Shown one piece after another: positions 58,030 to 64,000 of a DNA stretch of 64,000 nucleotides. Positions within the stretch are counted from its first letter, which is position 1. Every line of letters starts with the position of its first letter. A program made the position numbers and the translations under genes. Below the pieces are notes generated by a model. The model saw only the letters and a program-made list of their open reading frames with translations. It was not told where the DNA came from and searched no databases. Origin of the DNA: the human T2T-CHM13v2.0 reference genome, Homo sapiens; the NCBI RefSeq assembly GCF_009914755.1, contig NC_060940.1; one strand, written 5' to 3'.

Positions 58030-61000
58030 ATTTGATAATTCCTTTCAATTCCCTTCGATGATGATTCTTTCGAGTCAATTCGATGATTCTATTCCATTCC
58101 CTTCGATGATGATTCCATTTCACTCCATTTGATGATTCCATTCGATTCAATTTGGTGATGATTCAATTCGATGACATTCGATGACTCCATTCAATTTCAT
58201 TTGATGATGATTACATTCGAGTCCATTTGATGATTGTATTCCTTTCCTTTTGATGATTATTCCATTCGTGTCTATTCAAAGATTCCATTCTATTCCATTC
58301 AATGATGATTCCAATTGATTCCATTCAATGATTATGGCTATCGATTCCACTCGTTGATTCCATTTGATTCCATTCGATGATTATTCCGTTAGATTCCATT
58401 AGGAGATTCCATTCGATTTTATTCAATGATTCCAATTGATTCCATTCAATGATGATTCCATTCCACTCCGTTCAGTGATTCCATTTGAGTCCATTTGAGG
58501 ATTCCATTCGAGTCCATTTGATGATTCCATTCTTTTCCATTTGATGATGATTCCATTAGGGTCCATTCAATGATTCCATTCGAGTCCATTCGTTAATGCC
58601 TTTCGAGTCCTTTTGATCACTACATTCGAGTCCATTCAATGATTCTATTCGATTCCATTCCATGATGATTCCATTCGAGTTCATTCGATGATTGCATTCG
58701 AGTCCATTTGATGATTCCATATGATTCCATTCGACAATGATTCCATTCGTGTCCATTTGATGATTCCATTCATTTCCTATCGATGAAGATTCCATTCGAG
58801 TGTATTCGATGATTCCATTCAAATCCATTCGATGATGATTCCATTCCAGTCCATTCGATCATTCCACTTGATTCCATTTGATGACTATTCCATTCAAATC
58901 CATTTGATGATTCCATTCGATTCCATTCGATGTTACCATTCCAGTATATACGATGATTCCACTCGATTCCATTTGATGATTATTCCATTGGAGTCGACTT
59001 AGTGAATCCTTTAGATTCTACTCGAAGATGATTCCATTCGAGTCCATTCGATGATACCATTCAATTCCATTCGTTGATGCTTCCATTCAAGTGCATTCGA
59101 TGATATCATTCGATTCCATTTGATGATAATTCCATTTGATTCCATGTGATGATTCTATTCCATTCCATTCAATGATAATTCCATTCAATTCAGTGATTCC
59201 TCTGGACTCCATTTGATGATGATTCCATTCAATGATTCCATTCGATTCTATTCGAAAATGATTCCATTTGAATCCATTTGATGATGATTCCATTCGATTC
59301 CATTTGATGATTCCATTCGATTCCATTCGACGATGATTCCATTCGATTCCATTTGATGATTCCATTCTATTCTATTCGATGATGATTCCATTCGATTCCA
59401 TTCGATGATGATTGGATTCGATTCCATTTGATGATTTCATTTGATTCCATTCGATGATGATTTCGATCAATTCCATTCGATGATTCCATTCGATTCCATT
59501 TGATAATGATTACATCCGAGTCCATTCGATGATTCCATTTGAGCCCGTTCGATAATTCCATTTGAGTCCAATCAATGATTCCATTCATTTCCATTCAATG
59601 ATTCCATTCGAGTCCATTTGATCATTCCGGTAGGGTCCGTTCGATGTTGATTCCATTGGAGTGCATTCGATGATTCCATTCGAGTCCATTTTAGGATTTG
59701 ATTCGAGTCCTTTCGATGATTCCATTCGATTCCACTCGATGCGATGATGATTTCATTCGAGTCCATTCGACACTTCCAATCGATTCCATTTGATGTTTCC
59801 ATTCGAGTCCAATTGATGATTCCATTCAATTCCATTCGATGATGATTCCGTAGGATTCCATTCTGTGATGATTCCATGTGATTGCATTCAATGATGATTC
59901 CTTTCGATTGCATTCGATTATGATTCATTTCGTGTTCATTCTATGGTTCCACAGGTTTCACATCGTGTCCATTCCATTATTCCATTCTATTCCATTTGAT
60001 GATGATTCCATTCGATTCCATTCATTGGTGATTCCACTCAATTCCATTCAATGATTCCATTCCATTTCTTTCAACAATGATTCCATTAGTTTCTAATCGA
60101 TGATCCACTTGATTCCATTTGACGATGATTCCATTCTTGTCCATTCGATGATTCCATTTGATTCCATATGATGATGATTCCATTCGATTCCATATGATGA
60201 TGATGCCATTCGAGTCCATTCAATGGTGATTCCATTCAATTCCATTCGGTGATTCCTTTCGATTCCATTTGATGATGATGGCATTTGATTCCTTTCAATC
60301 ATTCCCTTTGATTCCACTCAAAGTTGATTTCATTCAAGTCCATTCGATAATTGCATTCGATTCCATTCTATGATGATTCCATTCGAGTCCATTTGATGAT
60401 TCCATTCAATTCAAGTCAATGATGTTTCCATTCGATTCCATTCGATGATTCCATTGGATTCCATTCGATGATGATTCCATTCAAATCCATTCGATAATTC
60501 AATTCACGTCCATTCGATGATGATTCCAATCGAATCCATTCAAAGATTCCATTCAATTCCATTCGATGATTCCCTTAGATTCCATTCGATGATTCCACTT
60601 GATTGCATTTACGATGATTCCATTTGATTCCATGTGATGATTCCATTCAATTCTATTCAATGATGTTTCCATTTGATTCCATTCGACCATGATTGCCTTT
60701 GATTCCATTCAATGATTCCATTCGGTTCCGTTTGATGATGATTCCGTTCGATTCCATTTGATGATTCCATTTGATTCCATTGGATGAGTCCATTCGATTA
60801 CATTCGATGATTATTCCATTCGAGTGCATTAGATGATTCCATTCGAGTCCATTCGATGATTCCATTCGAGTCCATTCGATGTTGATTCTGTTCAAATCCA
60901 TTCGATGATTCCACTCGATTCCATTCGATGACTCCATTTGATCCCATTCGATGATTTCCTTTGATTCCCTTTGATGATCATTCCATTTGATTCAATTCGG

Positions 61001-64000
61001 TGATTTCATTGGATTCCATTCAGTGATGTTTCCATTCGACTCCATTCGATGATGATTCCATTCGACTACATTCGATTATGATTTCATTCAATTCCATTCG
61101 ATAAAGATTCCCTTCGAGTCCAATCGATGATTCCATTCGATTCCATACAACGATGATTTGATTCGTGTCCATTCGATGATTCCATTTGATTCCACTTGAT
61201 GAGGATTCCATTCGACTCCATTTGATGATTCCATTCAATTCCATTCTCCGATGATTTCTTTTGAGCCCATTCAATGCTTCCACTCGATTACATATGATGA
61301 TGACTCCATTCGATGAAACTCGATGATGATTCCATTCGCTTGCTTTCGATGATGATTCCACTTGAGTCCGTTAGAAGATTCTATTCAATTACATTCCATG
61401 ACGATTCTGTTCGAGTCCATTTGATGATTCCATTACACTCCATTCGACAATGATTCCATTCAATGTTATTCGATGATTCCATTCGATCTCATTCGATGAT
61501 GATTCCATTCAACTCCATTCGATGTTTCCATTCGAGTTCATTCTATTATTCCATTAGATTCCATTCGATGATGATTCCATTCGATTCCATTTGATGATTG
61601 CATTCTATTTCATTTGATGATGATTCCATTCGAGTCCATTCGATGATTCCATTCGAGTCCATTTAATGAATCCATTGGTTTCAATTCTATGATGATTATA
61701 TTGGATTCCATTCGTTGATGATTTCATTCGATTCCATTCAATGATGATTCCATTCAATTCCATTCAATGATTCCATTCAATTCCATACGATGATGATTCC
61801 ATTTGATTTGATTCAACAGTGAGCCATTCGATTCAATTCCATGATGATTCTATTTGATTCACTTGGTTGACATTTCCATTCGATTCCATTCGATGATGAT
61901 TCCATTTGATTCCATTCAAAGATGATTCCATTCTAGCCCATTCAATCATTCCATTCGATTCTATTCAATGATGATTCCATTCATGTCGATTTGGTGATTC
62001 CATTTGACTTCATTTGATGATGATTCCTTTCAAGTTCATTAGATGATTCCATTCGATTCCATTTGATGATGATCCCATTCGAGTCCATTCAGTGATTCCA
62101 CTCGTTTCCATTCCATGATGATTCCATTCCATTCCATTCAATGATTCCATTCGATTCCGTTTGATGATGATTTCATTCGAGTCCATTTGATGATTCCATT
62201 TGATTCCATTCGATGATGATTCCATTCGAGTCCATTCGATGATTCTATTCGAATCCATTTGATGATTTCTTTTGATTATAGTTGGTGATGATTCCATTGG
62301 AGTCCATTCAATGATTCCATTTGATTCCAATCGATGGTGGTTCCATTAGAGTCCATTTAATGATTCCATTTGATTCCAGTCTCTGATGTTTACATTCGAG
62401 TCCATACGATGATTCCACTCAATTCCATATGATGATGATTCCATTCGATTCCATTCGATGATTCCATTCTATTCTATTCAAAGGTGATTCCATTCGAGTA
62501 CATTAGATGATTCCATTCGATTCCATTCAATGATGATTCTATTTGTGTCCCTTAGATGATTCCACATGATTCCATTAGATGATGATACTATTTGAGCCCA
62601 TCCAATGATTCCCTTCGATTCCATTCGATGAGGATTCCATTCGATTCAATTCATTGGTGATTCTATTCAATTCAATTCTTTGATTCAATTCCATTCCATT
62701 CGACAATGATTCCATTCGATTTCTTTCGATGATTCCACTCAATTTCACTTGACATTGATTCCATTCGATTCCATTCAATGATTCCATTTGATTCCAGTGG
62801 ATGATGATTGCCGTCGATTCCATTCGATCACTCCATTCTGTTCCATTTGATGATGATTACATTCGATTCCATTTGATGATTCCATCTGATTCTATTCGAG
62901 GATTCCATTTGATTCCATTCGATGATGATTCCATTCGAGTCCATTCGATGATTTCATTCGAGTACATCCAATGATTCCATTCGAGTCCATTTGATGATTC
63001 CATTTCATTCCATTTGATTATGATTCTACTAGAGTCCATTCAATGACTCCATTCGAGTCCATTCAACAGTTCCATCCGAGTCCATTCGATGATTCCATTC
63101 GATTCCATTTGATCATTCCATTCGAGTACATTTAATCATTACAGTCGAGTCCATTTGGTGATTCCACTGGATTTCTTTTGATAATGATACCATTCAATTA
63201 CATTTGATGATGATCCCATTCAATTTCATTTGATGATGATTCCATTAGAGTCCATTCCATGATTTCATTCGAGTCCCTTCATTGATTCCATCCGATTTCA
63301 TTTCATGATGACTCCATTCGAGTCCATTCGATGATTCCACTCGATTCCATTAGATGATTCCATTGGAGTCCATTTGATTGTTCCATTCGATTCCATTCGA
63401 TTCCTTTCGAAGATTATTCCATTTGAGTCCATTCGATGATGATTCCATTCCATTCCATTCGATGATTCCGTTTGATTCCATTCGATGATTCCCTGCGATT
63501 CCTTTCTATGATGATTCCATTCCATTCCATTCAATGATTCCATTTGAATCTATTCCATGATGATTCCTTTCGATTCCATTCGCTGATGTTTCCGTTCAAT
63601 TCCATTCGATGATGATTCCATTCGATTCCATTCATTGAGGATTCCATTGGATTCCATTCAATGATGATTCCATTCTATTCCATTCAATGATTGCATTCAA
63701 TTCCATTCAATGATTATGCCATTAGAGTAAATTCAACGATTCCATTCAATACCATTCGATGATGATTCCTTTTGAGTCCATTCAATGATTTCATTCAAGT
63801 CCATTTGATGATTCCTTTCAATTCCATTCCATGATGATTCCATTCGAGTCCATTCGATGATTCCATTCGATTGCATTCGATGATTCCATTATATTCCATT
63901 CAACGATGATTCCATTCGAGTCCATTCGATGATTCCATTAGAGTACATTTAATGATTGCTTTGTTTTCAATTCGAAGATGATTACATTGGATTCCATTCT
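58030..64000 (+). repeat. Higher-order unit U6 (partial, runs off the window)
   Basis: Same landmark order as U2/U3 (GTCGAC 58993; ORFs 58556, 62575, 63298), with +5 and -23 indels. Confidence 0.92.

Larger units (their letters stand above)
1..64000 (+). repeat. Satellite II (HSat2/HSATII) pericentromeric array, CATTC strand on +; probably HSat2B-like
   Basis: Continuous degenerate ATTCC pentamers interrupted by GATGAT/GATGATGAT, giving 23-bp (ATGATTCCATTCGAGTCCATTCG) and 26-bp monomers with dense TCGA and GANTC sites. This is the known HSat2 signature, unlike the long (CATTC)n runs of HSat3. The subfamily call is inference from the embedded 6.1-kb period. Confidence 0.97.

Noticed and set aside
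504-63543. Numerous minus-strand ORFs of 60-193 aa (MESNGIIEWNRMESS...)
   Set aside because: They are translations of the GAATG/ATC satellite strand, which is rich in ATG and poor in stops, while the + strand is full of TGA. They overlap in several frames, have no domains, and are freely broken by frameshifting indels. I used them only as landmarks.
1-64000. CRISPR-like or other prokaryotic repeat-spacer system
   Set aside because: There is no alternation of constant repeats with unique spacers and no cas-like ORFs. Everything is degenerate 23/26-bp satellite.
1-64000. Transposon insertion (Alu/L1), inversion, or unique-sequence island
   Set aside because: I saw no poly-A tails, no GAATG-oriented tract on + and no non-satellite stretch. 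Odd words such as CCGGTAGGGTCC are mutated monomers recurring once per unit.
1-64000. HSat3 or alpha satellite assignment
   Set aside because: There are no long pure (CATTC)n runs and no 171-bp monomers. The GATGAT-punctuated 23/26-bp pattern is HSat2.
11429-64000. Regular super-period (~22 kb or ~34 kb) of units
   Set aside because: Offsets 22113 and 33941 link only some segments, and different markers give conflicting pairings. The window is too short to establish a super-period.

Overview
The whole 64 kb window is one uninterrupted, single-orientation array of primate (human-type) Satellite II (HSat2/HSATII). The CATTC strand is on +, built from 23/26-bp monomers of the form (GAT)GATTCCATTCGA(T/G)TCCATTC. 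There are no credible genes: every listed ORF is a by-product of translating the satellite. The informative signal is the higher-order structure, mapped here by hand from rare landmark words and ORF offsets. A reference 11,824-bp unit is repeated about 5.5 times (starts at 1, 11429, 24093, 35917, 46097, 58030; lengths 11428, 12664, 11824, 10180, 11933, partial). The length differences can be accounted for by discrete indels. Most notably, unit 4 contains a tract with a 6,112-bp period (~38.0-44.9 kb), equal to the 11,824-bp unit minus blocks of 758, 2013, 105 and 2836 bp. About 6.1 kb is, from memory, the period reported for the human chr16 HSat2B array, so the 11.8-kb unit may be its longer, probably ancestral, form. 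Species and chromosome cannot be proven from the sequence alone.
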